DNA of 64,000 bases from the NCBI GenBank assembly GCA_002483345.1, contig DLHS01000015.1, forward strand, positions 41,117 to 105,116, read 5' to 3'. How positions within the stretch are numbered: the first letter of the stretch is position 1; the number at the start of each line of letters is the position of its first letter. Position numbers and translations under genes: made by a program. Below the pieces are notes generated by a model. The model saw only the letters and a list, made by a program, of their open reading frames with translations, ran no database searches and was not told the DNA's origin. This stretch comes from Bacteroidetes bacterium UBA7662. Its GTDB lineage: Bacteria > Bacteroidota > Bacteroidia > UBA7662. Shown here in pieces: positions 46,464 to 56,743 of the stretch.

Positions 46464-47957
46464 CTAATGTGCCCTGTTAAGCCTCCAAAGGCTTACCGCC
46501 TGTCCGTTCGTTGATGCAGCCACCTGTTTTTTCTCCCCGGGCTCACCGAAGAGAAAACCAGTCAAAGCTGCTACCGAGGCTGTTTCTGCCTCGCTGGATT
46601 GTAACATATCCGGTGTGAAATGATGCCCGATGAAGTGCGTATCGAAGTTACCGGAACGGAAGGCCGGGTGATCGAAGGCAAACTTCCCGAAGGGCAGGGT
46701 AGTGGCAAAACCCCGGATATCATATTCACCAATGGCGCGAAGCATGCGCGCGATGGCTTGCTCCCGGGTAGGTGCATGTACAATGAGTTTGGCTATCATC
46801 GGGTCGTACATGACGGGGACTTCCATGCCCTGTTCGAAGCCGTCATCAACCCGGATGCCGGGTCCTTGCGGGCGGATGTAGCGTTCAAGTGTGCCGATGT
46901 CGGGCAGGAAATTATTCGCAGGGTCTTCGGCGCAGATACGCAGCTCCAGGCTGTGGCCGTTTATTTGCAGATCTTCCTGGCGGAAAGGCAGTGCTTCTCC
47001 TTCAGCGACTTTGATCTGTAAGGCTACCAGATCGAGCCCTGTAATCATCTCTGTTACCGGATGTTCCACCTGCAGACGGGTATTCATCTCCAGAAAGTAA
47101 AAGTTCAGCTTTTCATCCACCAGAAACTCAACTGTGCCGGCTCCGTAATAATTACAGGCCTTGGCTACCCGAACGGCCGCTTCACCCATGGCCTTGCGGA
47201 CTTCCGGCGTCAGACAACTGGAAGGAGCTTCTTCAATAAGTTTTTGATGACGACGCTGAATGCTGCATTCTCTTTCGAAGAGATAAACCACATGACCGTG
47301 TTTGTCGCCCATAATCTGAATCTCTATGTGGCGGGGAGAACCGATGTATTTCTCAATGAAAACCGCATCATCTCCAAAGGCTGAACGGGCTTCGCTTTGG
47401 GCCAGCCGGCATTGCTCATCAAAACCTGCAATTTCTTCCACTATCCGCATCCCCTTTCCACCACCACCTGCAGCAGCCTTGATCAACACAGGAAAGCCAA
47501 TTTGTTCTGCTACCAGCCGGGCTTCGTGTAAATCGACGATGGCCCCTTCGGTACCGGGCACCATGGGTATGTCGAAGTTTTTGACCGCATTTTTGGCGGA
47601 GAGCTTATTGCCCATCATATCCATCGAGCCGGCGCTGGGGCCGACGAGCAGTAAACCGGCCGCTTCCACAGCTCTGGCAAAGCCCGCATTTTCAGATAAA
47701 AAACCGTATCCCGGGTGTATGGCATCCACGCCATGTTGCAGTGATAGCTGAATGAGGTGGTCGCCCCGCAGATAAGATTGGTTGCTGGGTGCAGGACCGA
47801 TGCAAAAGGCTTCATCCGCAAAACGAACGTGGGGACTGAGTCGGTCAGCTTCAGAAAAAACGGCCACGGTCTGTATACCCATTTCCCGGGCGGTACGCAT
47901 AACACGCAGGGCAATTTCACCCCGGTTGGCAACAAGCAGTTTGTGGATTTTTTGCAT
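46464..47957 (-). CDS. accC: biotin carboxylase subunit of acetyl/acyl-CoA carboxylase
   Basis: LVANRGEIALRV..., ATP-grasp fold, 497 aa. Confidence 0.9.
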   Translation of the reverse strand: MQKIHKLLVANRGEIALRVMRTAREMGIQTVAVFSEADRLSPHVRFADEAFCIGPAPSNQSYLRGDHLIQLSLQHGVDAIHPGYGFLSENAGFARAVEAAGLLLVGPSAGSMDMMGNKLSAKNAVKNFDIPMVPGTEGAIVDLHEARLVAEQIGFPVLIKAAAGGGGKGMRIVEEIAGFDEQCRLAQSEARSAFGDDAVFIEKYIGSPRHIEIQIMGDKHGHVVYLFERECSIQRRHQKLIEEAPSSCLTPEVRKAMGEAAVRVAKACNYYGAGTVEFLVDEKLNFYFLEMNTRLQVEHPVTEMITGLDLVALQIKVAEGEALPFRQEDLQINGHSLELRICAEDPANNFLPDIGTLERYIRPQGPGIRVDDGFEQGMEVPVMYDPMIAKLIVHAPTREQAIARMLRAIGEYDIRGFATTLPFGKFAFDHPAFRSGNFDTHFIGHHFTPDMLQSSEAETASVAALTGFLFGEPGEKKQVAASTNGQAVSLWRLNRAH

Positions 47958-48035
47958 GCAATGGAATTGAAGGGGCTAAGTTAAGTCGCCGAACTGTAAA
48001 TATTCCTTTGCACCCTGCGTCTGGCGGCTAATTTT

Positions 48036-48704
48036 GTGATGAAATCAAATGCATTGAAGCAATTCCTGGCCTTACTCCGACATGAATTCACCGCAGAGTG
48101 GCGACAGCGCAATGCTTTAGGGGGGGTACTGTTGTATGTAGTTTCTACAGTATTTGTCGCGTATCTCACTTTCAAAAGGGTAGAACCCCTCACCTGGATA
48201 GCCCTGTACTGGATTATTTTGCTTTTTGCTTCTGTGAACGCGGTAGCCAAAAGTTTTATTCAATATGCTCCCGGCAGGATGTTGTACTACTATCTGGTGG
48301 CAGATCCACTGGCTTTGCTGGCAGCCAAGCTGGTCTATAACATCGTTTTGTTATGGACCATTCAGTTGCTTGCCTTTGGCGTGATGAGTTTGCTGGTAGG
48401 GCAACCGGTGCAGGATCCGCTCATGTTTTTGCTTTCAGGCGGATTGGCTGCCATTGGTTTTGCGGCCAGCGGAACACTGGTATCTGCCATCAGCCACAAA
48501 GCCACCAACCAAAGCACCCTGATGGCTATCCTCAGTTTTCCGGTCTTGCTGCCGGTGTTGACGCTGGTCATTAAACTCTCTAAAAATGCCCTCGACGGTC
48601 TGGACCGTTCGGTTTCATACGATGAATTGCTGAGTTTATCGGCGGTTGATGCCCTTGTGGTGGGCGTTGCACTTCTCTTATTTCCCTACCTTTGGAAAGA
48701 ATGA
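48036..48704 (+). CDS. ccmB: heme exporter protein B (cytochrome c maturation system I)
   Basis: 6-TM CcmB topology, 222 aa, immediately upstream of ccmC. Confidence 0.75.
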   Translation: MMKSNALKQFLALLRHEFTAEWRQRNALGGVLLYVVSTVFVAYLTFKRVEPLTWIALYWIILLFASVNAVAKSFIQYAPGRMLYYYLVADPLALLAAKLVYNIVLLWTIQLLAFGVMSLLVGQPVQDPLMFLLSGGLAAIGFAASGTLVSAISHKATNQSTLMAILSFPVLLPVLTLVIKLSKNALDGLDRSVSYDELLSLSAVDALVVGVALLLFPYLWKE

Positions 48705-49360
48705 TAAAAGGATTACACTGGTATAAAATCGCAGCTATATTGCTGCTGCTCGTGACCAGCTGGTTTGGTCTGATGGGCGACGTACCCCGGCTGGTGGTAC
48801 TGAATGAAACCATCCGCAACCTCTATTTCCATGTACCTATGTGGTTTGGTATGGTGGTGATTTTGGGTGCTTCGGCTGTTCACAGTATCAAATACCTCAG
48901 CAAACCCGACCCGGTATCGGATATAAAGGCGGAAGAAATGGCCAAAACAGGCCTTTTGTTCGGGATACTCGGACTGGTAACCGGTGCTATCTGGGCACAG
49001 TTCACCTGGGGAGAGTGGTGGAGCAGCGATCCGAAGCAAAACACCTCGGCCATCGCCTTGCTGATTTACCTGGCTTATCTGGTTCTGAGGGGGTCCTTCC
49101 GTGAAGAACAGCAGCGGGCACGGGTAGCAGCTGTGTATAACATTTTTGCCTTTGCAAGTCTCATACCGTTGCTTTTTATCCTGCCCCGGCTGGCGGAGGA
49201 TTCTTTACATCCGGGCAATGGCGGTAACCCGGGCTTCGGGGGATACGACCTGGATGCCAATATGCGGATGGTGTTTTATCCTGCAGTTTTAGGCTGGATT
49301 TTACTTGGTTTCTGGATTACAGAATTGCGTGTACGTTTGAAAAAAATACAATTACCTTAA
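48692..49360 (+). CDS. ccmC: heme exporter protein C
   Basis: WWD-domain motif WGEWWSSDPKQ plus conserved His in flanking loops. Confidence 0.85.
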   Translation: MERMIKGLHWYKIAAILLLLVTSWFGLMGDVPRLVVLNETIRNLYFHVPMWFGMVVILGASAVHSIKYLSKPDPVSDIKAEEMAKTGLLFGILGLVTGAIWAQFTWGEWWSSDPKQNTSAIALLIYLAYLVLRGSFREEQQRARVAAVYNIFAFASLIPLLFILPRLAEDSLHPGNGGNPGFGGYDLDANMRMVFYPAVLGWILLGFWITELRVRLKKIQLP

Positions 49361-49362
49361 CC

Positions 49363-49590
49363 ATGAAGTATTTCGTCAGTTCCTTGCTCTTTTTGGTCAT
49401 TTTGTTTTGTACCTTGGTCACAAGCGCTCAAAGTTCATCTGTTGAAATGGCTGATCTGATGCGCTCTAACGGAAAAATATATGTTGTCGTCGCGGTCGTC
49501 CTTGTTATCCTGCTGACCTTGTTCAGCTACCTGATCCGCCTCGACCGGCGACTTAAAAAAATCGAAGACCAGCATCCAAAACATTCTTAA
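49363..49590 (+). CDS. CcmD-like small membrane protein
   Basis: 75-aa single-TM protein directly after ccmC. Confidence 0.55.
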   Translation: MKYFVSSLLFLVILFCTLVTSAQSSSVEMADLMRSNGKIYVVVAVVLVILLTLFSYLIRLDRRLKKIEDQHPKHS

Positions 49591-49602
49591 AAACGCTCAA
49601 TT

Positions 49603-51027
49603 ATGGCAGCAAACACACAAGAAGAGCATAGCTTTTTCGGCGATGTGCTCAAGTATTTCGACAACGCTTCTTCTTACCTGAATTATCCGGCAGGAATGCT
49701 CGATCAGATCAAGTATTGCAACAGTGTTTATCGCATGCGTTTCCCCGTTAAAGTGGATAACGGCATTGAAGTAATTGAAGCGTACAGGGTAGAGCACAGC
49801 CACCACCGCATGCCTACCAAAGGGGGTATTCGTTATTCAATGGCCGTAAATCAAGACGAGGTAATGGCATTGGCTGCCCTCATGACTTACAAATGCGCGA
49901 TTGTGGATGTTCCCTTCGGCGGTGCCAAAGGAGGTGTAAAAATCGACCCTAAAAATTACACAGAAGAACAGTTGGAGCGCATCACCCGCCGTTATACTTC
50001 AGAGCTTATCAAAAAGAATTTCATAGGCCCCGGTCTTGATGTGCCTGCACCTGATTATGGGACAGGGGAGCGAGAGATGGCCTGGATAGTTGATACCTAT
50101 GCTACCTTTTTTCCGGGTCAAACCGATGCCATTGGTTGTGTAACCGGAAAACCGGTCTCGCAGGGCGGTATCAATGGCCGCCGGGAAGCCACCGGCTTAG
50201 GTGTTTATTTCGGTATCCGAGAAGCTGTCAGCTTTGAGGACGATATGAAGCGGCTGGGTATGACAACCGGCCTGGTGGGTAAAACCATGGTTATTCAGGG
50301 CCTTGGCAATGTGGGCTACCATTGTGCCAAGTTTTTCTCTGAAGGAGGGGCCAGAATTATTTGTCTGGCCGAATACGAGGGGGCAGTGTATAATCCGGAT
50401 GGACTGGATTATCTGGCTGTAGTTGAGCACCGCCGCAGAACTGGCAGCATACTCAACTTCCCTGGTGCTACCAACCTTGCCAAAAATACCGATGCCCTGG
50501 AGCTTGATTGTGACATCCTGATTCCGGCTGCCCTGGAAAACCAGATACACGAAGGAAACGCAGCCCGTATCAAGGCCAAAATAATCGGTGAAGCGGCCAA
50601 CGGTCCTGTTACAGCGGAAGCAGAAGTAATCCTGAACAAAAAAGGTATCATGACCATCCCCGATATTTACCTGAATGCCGGTGGTGTAACGGTTTCTTAC
50701 TTCGAGTGGCTCAAAAACCTCTCACACGTTCGTTTTGGTCGTCTGGGCAAACGTTTCGACGAGAATCTGAACAACAGCATCATTACCGCCGTGGAGGAAA
50801 TGACCGGTAAAAATGTAAGTGACCGTCACAAACAACAAATCGGCCGGGGTGCAGATGAGGTAGATCTGGTGTACTCAGGACTGGAAGAGACGATGATTGA
50901 GGCCTATCGCCAGATTCGGGATGTGAAAATTGAGATGCCGCATGTGCCGGACTACAGGACAGCTGCCTTCATTGTGGCTATCCGCAAGATTGCCCGTTCG
51001 TACGAGTCTCTGGGCTTATTCCCTTAG
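49603..51027 (+). CDS. gdhA: glutamate dehydrogenase (Glu/Leu/Phe/Val DH family)
   Basis: Catalytic block [12 protein letters not shown]; Rossmann GLGNVG; 474 aa. Confidence 0.9.
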   Translation: MAANTQEEHSFFGDVLKYFDNASSYLNYPAGMLDQIKYCNSVYRMRFPVKVDNGIEVIEAYRVEHSHHRMPTKGGIRYSMAVNQDEVMALAALMTYKCAIVDVPFGGAKGGVKIDPKNYTEEQLERITRRYTSELIKKNFIGPGLDVPAPDYGTGEREMAWIVDTYATFFPGQTDAIGCVTGKPVSQGGINGRREATGLGVYFGIREAVSFEDDMKRLGMTTGLVGKTMVIQGLGNVGYHCAKFFSEGGARIICLAEYEGAVYNPDGLDYLAVVEHRRRTGSILNFPGATNLAKNTDALELDCDILIPAALENQIHEGNAARIKAKIIGEAANGPVTAEAEVILNKKGIMTIPDIYLNAGGVTVSYFEWLKNLSHVRFGRLGKRFDENLNNSIITAVEEMTGKNVSDRHKQQIGRGADEVDLVYSGLEETMIEAYRQIRDVKIEMPHVPDYRTAAFIVAIRKIARSYESLGLFP

Positions 51028-51167
51028 ATTTTGAGATTTCGAGAGGCGAGACTTTTTGACCGCTGCGCGGTGGATTTAAGGCTTGTCCGAAATGTTGGAC
51101 TGCGCCCAAAGACGCATGTAGGCTGTGGTCTACTGCACAAAAGTCTCGCCTCTCACTTCTCAAAATC
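51027..51167. repeat. MITE/REP-like element: ~30-bp terminal inverted repeats (GATTTTGAGA..GAGAGGCGAGACTTTT) flanking an ~80-bp core with an internal hairpin; fills the gap between gdh stop and merR stop exactly
   Basis: 5' arm 51027..51057, 3' arm 51139..51167 (reverse complement nearly identical). Confidence 0.55.
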
Positions 51168-51917
51168 TTATACTCTTAAACAGTAAACCAGCATGGCTTT
51201 GCTGAGAAATGCCGCTAAGCCTGGTTTTACTTTATCGTAGGTGGCTTTGAAACGCTCGTCTTCTACATATAGCTGCGCCCAGGCACGGTAAACTGTCAGA
51301 TCGGCCGGATAAAAGCTGGTGGTGTACTGATGGTGTTTCTTTACCCATTCCTGCACCCTGGGATCGTCAGCCTGCAGATGCATCAGTTTGCTGAGCGCGA
51401 GGTTGATTTCATCCCCTTCTTTTTGCAAAGCCAGCACCGTTGCCTTGTCGAGGCTGTTCAGTCTTGTTTTGGTTTCATCCAGGGTAGCGGCACCATATTT
51501 TTCTGCCACTTCGCTTTCCAGGGCCTGTACTTTTTCCTTACGAAAACCTTTGTACAGCATGTCGTAATTGCTCATTTTTTCTTCTTTTTTGAGTTGATGA
51601 AGGGTTTCATCGAGTGTATGAAGCAGTACCTGCAGCCTTCTTTGCCTTTGCTGCAGCTTTTCCCGGTGGAAAAGAAGGGCAGTTTCACGGTTAAATCTGG
51701 GGTCGTCTAATAATAGCCGTATCTCTTCCAGCGGGAAATCGAGTTCCCTGTAAAAAAGAATCTGCTGCAAACGATAAAGTTCCGATTCACCATAGTAGCG
51801 GTACCCGGATCTTTTGCGTTCTCCCGGCTTTAGCAGACCAATCTGGTCATAATGGTGAAGCGTGCGCACACTCACCGATGCCAGCTTTGCCAATTGATTT
51901 ACTGTGTATTGTTCCAT
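51168..51917 (-). CDS. MerR family transcriptional regulator with C-terminal effector domain
   Basis: N-terminal YTVNQLAKLASVSVRTLHHYDQIGLL HTH. Confidence 0.85.
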   Translation of the reverse strand: MEQYTVNQLAKLASVSVRTLHHYDQIGLLKPGERKRSGYRYYGESELYRLQQILFYRELDFPLEEIRLLLDDPRFNRETALLFHREKLQQRQRRLQVLLHTLDETLHQLKKEEKMSNYDMLYKGFRKEKVQALESEVAEKYGAATLDETKTRLNSLDKATVLALQKEGDEINLALSKLMHLQADDPRVQEWVKKHHQYTTSFYPADLTVYRAWAQLYVEDERFKATYDKVKPGLAAFLSKAMLVYCLRV

Positions 51918-51977
51918 ATCTCAACTTGAAGACAAAGTAAAACTATCACGTAAGGTGAGAGTCAAGCTTTTTTTGTT

Positions 51978-52112
51978 GACATCGAGAGGGCGAGAGGCGA
52001 GACTGGCTTTCCTGAGCTTTGTGAAACTTGGCAAACTCCGTGTATTCGGAGTTAAAAAGACTCCAAGCCAGCGTAGAGTAAAGCCAGTCTCGCCTCTCGA
52101 AATCTCGATGTC
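51978..52112. repeat. second MITE/REP-like element of the same family (TIR GACATCGAGA..GAGAGGCGAGACTGGCTTT) in the merR upstream region
   Basis: 5' arm 51978..52010, 3' arm 52080..52112; internal hairpin AACTCCG/CGGAGTT. Confidence 0.55.
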
Positions 52113-52159
52113 TGAAAAAAAACCGCGCCATTCGCTTGCCACAAGGAAGCTGCCAGGGC

Positions 52160-52807
52160 CTAGGCGATCGATTCTGATTGTATGCTTTCGATTACTTTCA
52201 GCGTCTGATCCAGTGAGCTGTATCCCTGGCATACCAGGAAATAGTTATCGTTACGTCTGTAAATGAGGGTAGGGAAACCGCTCACACCAAATTTAGCAAC
52301 ATGATCAAATTCATCTTTGGTTGCCAGTTTATAGCTGAAATCGTTGAACCTTGTCCTGAAATCTTCTTCCTCCATACCCAGTTCATGTGCCAGTACCACA
52401 TAACTTTCAGCCACATTGGGGTTAAAACCGTGGTGATAAATGACCTTCTGAATTTCATGGGCAATGTGCACCGCCTGTTTGGGTGCAAACTCTTTCAGTA
52501 TAACCCCCGCCCGACTGGGGGGCTCTGAATCGAAGATGGTTTTACCGCCATCCATGAGCTCAGCCAGAAAAGGCTGACCGAAACGCACTCCCGTGAGCTC
52601 TTCCACCCGTTTGTAAGCGGTTTTGACATAGGGAGCAACCACTCCTATAGGTCCTGATCTCTCACCCAGCATCATACCACCGGCATATACTGAGAAGGGG
52701 AGAGTAGCTCCCAATCTCTGGTGTAAATCCACCATTACCTGACTAAAACCGTAGCACCAGCCGCAAAGGGGGTCGTACAGATAGATGATTTCGTTTTCTG
52801 ATTCCAT
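52160..52807 (-). CDS. DsbA-family thiol:disulfide oxidoreductase-like protein (FrnE/HCCA-isomerase-like)
   Basis: CGWC thioredoxin-fold active site near the N-terminus; 215 aa. Confidence 0.75.
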   Translation of the reverse strand: MESENEIIYLYDPLCGWCYGFSQVMVDLHQRLGATLPFSVYAGGMMLGERSGPIGVVAPYVKTAYKRVEELTGVRFGQPFLAELMDGGKTIFDSEPPSRAGVILKEFAPKQAVHIAHEIQKVIYHHGFNPNVAESYVVLAHELGMEEEDFRTRFNDFSYKLATKDEFDHVAKFGVSGFPTLIYRRNDNYFLVCQGYSSLDQTLKVIESIQSESIA

Positions 52808-52837
52808 GTTTCAGAAACACCATCTTTTGCGCAAGGT

Positions 52838-53539
52838 TCAATCTTCGTCTGGTGTCTCTACTTCTACCTCTTTACGGACCAAACGAAGGATGGAAACGAT
52901 GTGACAATACATGATCATGGGTACCAGCACAGTGGGCAGCAACTGGAAAGGAAAATGCAGTACAGCTGTATTCGGCATCTCAAAATTAATGACCTGCATG
53001 GCTCCCGGGAGAGACAGTGCTGCATGAATAACCACATTCAGTAGCGATAACATGCCTATTACATTCCAGCCGATGAGGATATTACGCGTCAGTAGTTTCT
53101 GCTGATATCCCATGTGCGCAATTAAGGGAGCCGTCATGCCAATGACAATGTCGTAGTTTCGGCCCTCAAAGGTCATGTCAACGGGGAGATATTGCGCTTT
53201 GTGCAGCCATAAAAGCACGAATTCTACAGCAACCCGGGTACCATGAATGTAATGCAGATAACCGTCATCTGAGTCATGGATCATTTGTTTACCTCGGCTG
53301 GTGAATAGATAAAGCAGAGGTAAAAGCGCTGATGGTATGATCAATAGCAGCAAGCGGGGTGGCGTAGCGCTTGTATCCTGGAAAAACCCGGTATAGGCCA
53401 GATAGCTGCTTATCCCACCTATCAGCAGCCAGAAGATGAAAGGTTTTTTGTCTTTAGGTTGACTTAACCAAAGGAGTACAAAGGCAGCCAGCAAAGCTGC
53501 AGCAAACACTATCGGGGTATACGAAGGGACATTTTCCAT
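52838..53539 (-). CDS. hypothetical integral membrane protein
   Basis: About 6 hydrophobic helices; no recognised motif. Confidence 0.5.
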   Translation of the reverse strand: MENVPSYTPIVFAAALLAAFVLLWLSQPKDKKPFIFWLLIGGISSYLAYTGFFQDTSATPPRLLLLIIPSALLPLLYLFTSRGKQMIHDSDDGYLHYIHGTRVAVEFVLLWLHKAQYLPVDMTFEGRNYDIVIGMTAPLIAHMGYQQKLLTRNILIGWNVIGMLSLLNVVIHAALSLPGAMQVINFEMPNTAVLHFPFQLLPTVLVPMIMYCHIVSILRLVRKEVEVETPDED

Positions 53540-53820
53540 GCAATCGTTTTTTTGGATAACGACAAGTTACATGGTCATGGTCTTTTTGGTCGTATAATGA
53601 CAAAAACTTTCTCCACAATTTGGGGGTAATTGTGGAAATCGCTTTTTTCTGTGTTAGGGTAATTGGGTATGCTTATGTGCTAATATTCAACTATTTGAAT
53701 GATTATCTAAAGCAACAGAAATAGGAACAATGCAGGCATTTAATTCAATGTTAAAATTTAATTAAATTATTTAACTGATAATTTAATATAATTTAAAAAA
53801 TGCCTCCGTTTTTTTAATTA

Positions 53821-54864
53821 TTAACGCTTTTTATTCAAACCCAACATAGCAACCATCCAATCCGGCAATTGTTTTTCCTTGCGGTTTTTCAGATGAAGGA
53901 AAAGGTTCAGTTTTTTCAGCACCGGCACCTTGTGTGTTTCCACCAATTCAATCAAAGCTCCGTCGGGATCTTCGACATAAGCGAACCGTCCGCCACTTTC
54001 ACCCATATCGAAAGTATCTCCGCTGTCGACTGTAAAAGGATGCCCTTTTGCCTGTGATCGGGCTTTGAGCCCATCCATGTTTATAGTGTCAAAACAGAGG
54101 TGGATGTAACCACAATCTCCCCAGAAACGGTTTTCAAATATTTTACGGCCACTTTTATCGAGGCGTTCAAATAGTTCTATATCAATACTGCCCAGTAATT
54201 TACTGAAAGCACCGTATGGGGTATAAGCCTTGCGAAGAAGCACCCGTCTGTAGGTCGCCTCATCGGGAAGATCTTCAAAACTGCCTGTCTGGTCATATAC
54301 CAGTTCGTTTATGCCCAGAACCTCCTGATAGAAGCGAATAGATTTATCCATGTCGGAAACACCGATACAGGCACCTGTAACACCCCCGGTAATTTTATCT
54401 TTCACTTTAAACCAATCGTTACCTTCTACTACCTGAAAAGGGTATCCGTGCAGGTCGTTGATCCAGAAACAAGGGCGTCCGGTCAGGTCTTTGCCCAGTT
54501 TCCCTGGTTTTTTGTTCACTTTTTGAAGATGTGCATGCAGTGCTGCTACATTTTTGCTCTTCATTTTGGCAGCATAGATGCCCAGATCACCCAGCCGGAT
54601 GTCGAATGTAGCAGGTTGAGGAACCTTGCTGGTGTATTGCCAGATTTCAAATCCGCCGCCACCAGCCATGTTCAGGGCCAGTGCCGCCCGTCGTTTTTCC
54701 ACTTTTTGGTTGGTATAACGAATCATCAGTGCCGCCTCTGCGGCATCGTCAAACACATTAACATCCATACCAAAGGCACGGATATACCATTGCCAGGCTT
54801 TTTCGAGGTCGGGTGTACCGATACCAATTTGCTGAATACCGGTGATGTGGGGGATTTGACTCAT
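53821..54864 (-). CDS. VOC-family (glyoxalase/bleomycin-resistance/dioxygenase) two-domain protein
   Basis: Two tandem VOC-like modules (GIQQIGIGTPDLEKAWQWY...; GVTGACIGVSDMDKSIRFY...). Confidence 0.7.
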   Translation of the reverse strand: MSQIPHITGIQQIGIGTPDLEKAWQWYIRAFGMDVNVFDDAAEAALMIRYTNQKVEKRRAALALNMAGGGGFEIWQYTSKVPQPATFDIRLGDLGIYAAKMKSKNVAALHAHLQKVNKKPGKLGKDLTGRPCFWINDLHGYPFQVVEGNDWFKVKDKITGGVTGACIGVSDMDKSIRFYQEVLGINELVYDQTGSFEDLPDEATYRRVLLRKAYTPYGAFSKLLGSIDIELFERLDKSGRKIFENRFWGDCGYIHLCFDTINMDGLKARSQAKGHPFTVDSGDTFDMGESGGRFAYVEDPDGALIELVETHKVPVLKKLNLFLHLKNRKEKQLPDWMVAMLGLNKKR

Positions 54865-55652
54865 ACAGGGCTAATTTTTCGGCTGATCAGGCGATACAGC
54901 GGCGGCACAAATTTAGAGAACCAATACAAGAGTCGTTCGCCTTTTGCCACCAAAACCAGGTGTTTTTTACGATTGTATGCCTTAAGAATCTGATTAGCAC
55001 ATACATCCGCGGGAATCCCGTTGGCCTGACCGGGATCCATTTTACCATGCGCCTCACCACTTGCTTCTACCGCCGAGTAGGAGATAGGGGTATTGATGCG
55101 CCCCGGACAAACCACCAGCACATGGATTTTTCCCGCTTCTTCAATGGCAACGGTATTAAAATAGCCATGCAGCGCATGTTTGGAGGCAGCATAGGTAGAG
55201 CGGGTCGGGAATCCAAACAGGCCGACTACAGAACTGGTAATGACAATACCGGCTCTGGCGGGATTAAAGGCCGGAAACAAAAGTTTTGTAAATAAAACCG
55301 GCCCCAGAAAATTTACCTGCATGATATGTTTTTCAGTTTCAAAGGTTGATTCCCGGGCAGAGCCACGCTGACTGATCCCTGCATTGTTGAAGAGGATATC
55401 AACCCGTGGAATTAATCCAAGCAAAGTTGCCGCTGCCTGACGGATACTGCTTTCATCTGAAAGATCCATGGCCACCACATGACACTCATCGGTATGCTGC
55501 AGACAGTTTTTTTTGACTTCTTCCAGCTCCGGGAGGCGCCGGGCCAATAATACCAGTCTGCTTTTTTGTCTGGCCAGGGCTTCTGCCAGTGCTTTTCCGA
55601 TTCCGGAACTGGCACCTGTGATCACAACATAACTGGAGGCAAATTCACTCAT
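54861..55652 (-). CDS. SDR family oxidoreductase
   Basis: ITGASSGIGKA ... YAASKHA. Confidence 0.85.
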   Translation of the reverse strand: MSEFASSYVVITGASSGIGKALAEALARQKSRLVLLARRLPELEEVKKNCLQHTDECHVVAMDLSDESSIRQAAATLLGLIPRVDILFNNAGISQRGSARESTFETEKHIMQVNFLGPVLFTKLLFPAFNPARAGIVITSSVVGLFGFPTRSTYAASKHALHGYFNTVAIEEAGKIHVLVVCPGRINTPISYSAVEASGEAHGKMDPGQANGIPADVCANQILKAYNRKKHLVLVAKGERLLYWFSKFVPPLYRLISRKISPV

Positions 55653-55852
55653 ATCAGGTTAAAAATTAGGGTATATCTTTTGCTGGTCTGCGAATACCGG
55701 AAGTGTTGGTTTTTACCGCTGTCTCCGCAATCCCGAAACTACAATCTTCTGCGAACAAGCTGGTAATTCCTGACAGAATTCCTGTGTTTGCTGAACCATT
55801 ACCTTAGAAAAGAAGCTGTTTTTACCTACTTTTGCATCGAAAAAACTGCCTT

Positions 55853-56743
55853 ATGAAAAATATTACGGTCATCGGTTCAGGTACCATGGGTAACGGAATA
55901 GCTCATGTTTTTGCGATGCATAACTATCAGGTCACCCTGGTTGATATCAACCAGACGGCCCTCGATAAAGGCATGGTGACCATCGCCAGAAACCTTGACC
56001 GCATGGTAGCCAAAGGCAGCATCTCAGAAGCTGAGAAGGCGGCTGCACTGGCACATATAAAAGCGCAGACAGATATGGCGGAGGGCGTCAAAAACGCGGA
56101 TCTTGTGGTAGAAGCTGCAACTGAAAACATTGAGCTTAAACTGAACATTTTCCGTCAGTTAGATGCACTGGCACCTGCAGAAGCCATTCTGGCCTCCAAT
56201 ACATCCTCTATATCGATTACCCAAATCGCGGCTGTTACCAAACGGGCTGATAAAATAATCGGTATGCACTTTATGAATCCGGTACCGGTGATGAAGCTGA
56301 TTGAAGTAATCAGGGGTTACAATACGAGCGACGAGGTTACCCAGACTATCATGGATCTCAGCGCAGTGCTGGGAAAAATACCGGTAGAGGTAAATGATTA
56401 TCCGGGTTTTGTAGCCAACCGTATCCTGATGCCGATGATCAACGAAGCTATTTGCACCCTTTTTGAAGGAGTTGCCGGTGTTTCAGAGATTGATACAGTG
56501 ATGAAACTTGGCATGGCACATCCGATGGGACCCCTGCAACTCGCTGATTTTATAGGGTTGGATGTTTGTCTGGCCATTCTCCGTGTTTTACACGATGGTT
56601 TTGGTAATCCTAAATATGCCCCTTGTCCTTTGCTGGTGAATATGGTTACGGCCGGCCACCTGGGGGCCAAATCAGGTAAAGGCTTTTATGAATACACCCC
56701 CGGTTCAAAAGAGCTGGTCGTGGCCGCCGGTTTCCGGAAGTAA
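55853..56743 (+). CDS. hbd: 3-hydroxybutyryl-CoA / 3-hydroxyacyl-CoA dehydrogenase
   Basis: ITVIGSGTMGNGIA NAD-binding motif, HFMNPVPVMKLIEVI, 3HCDH C-terminal domain. Confidence 0.85.
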   Translation: MKNITVIGSGTMGNGIAHVFAMHNYQVTLVDINQTALDKGMVTIARNLDRMVAKGSISEAEKAAALAHIKAQTDMAEGVKNADLVVEAATENIELKLNIFRQLDALAPAEAILASNTSSISITQIAAVTKRADKIIGMHFMNPVPVMKLIEVIRGYNTSDEVTQTIMDLSAVLGKIPVEVNDYPGFVANRILMPMINEAICTLFEGVAGVSEIDTVMKLGMAHPMGPLQLADFIGLDVCLAILRVLHDGFGNPKYAPCPLLVNMVTAGHLGAKSGKGFYEYTPGSKELVVAAGFRK

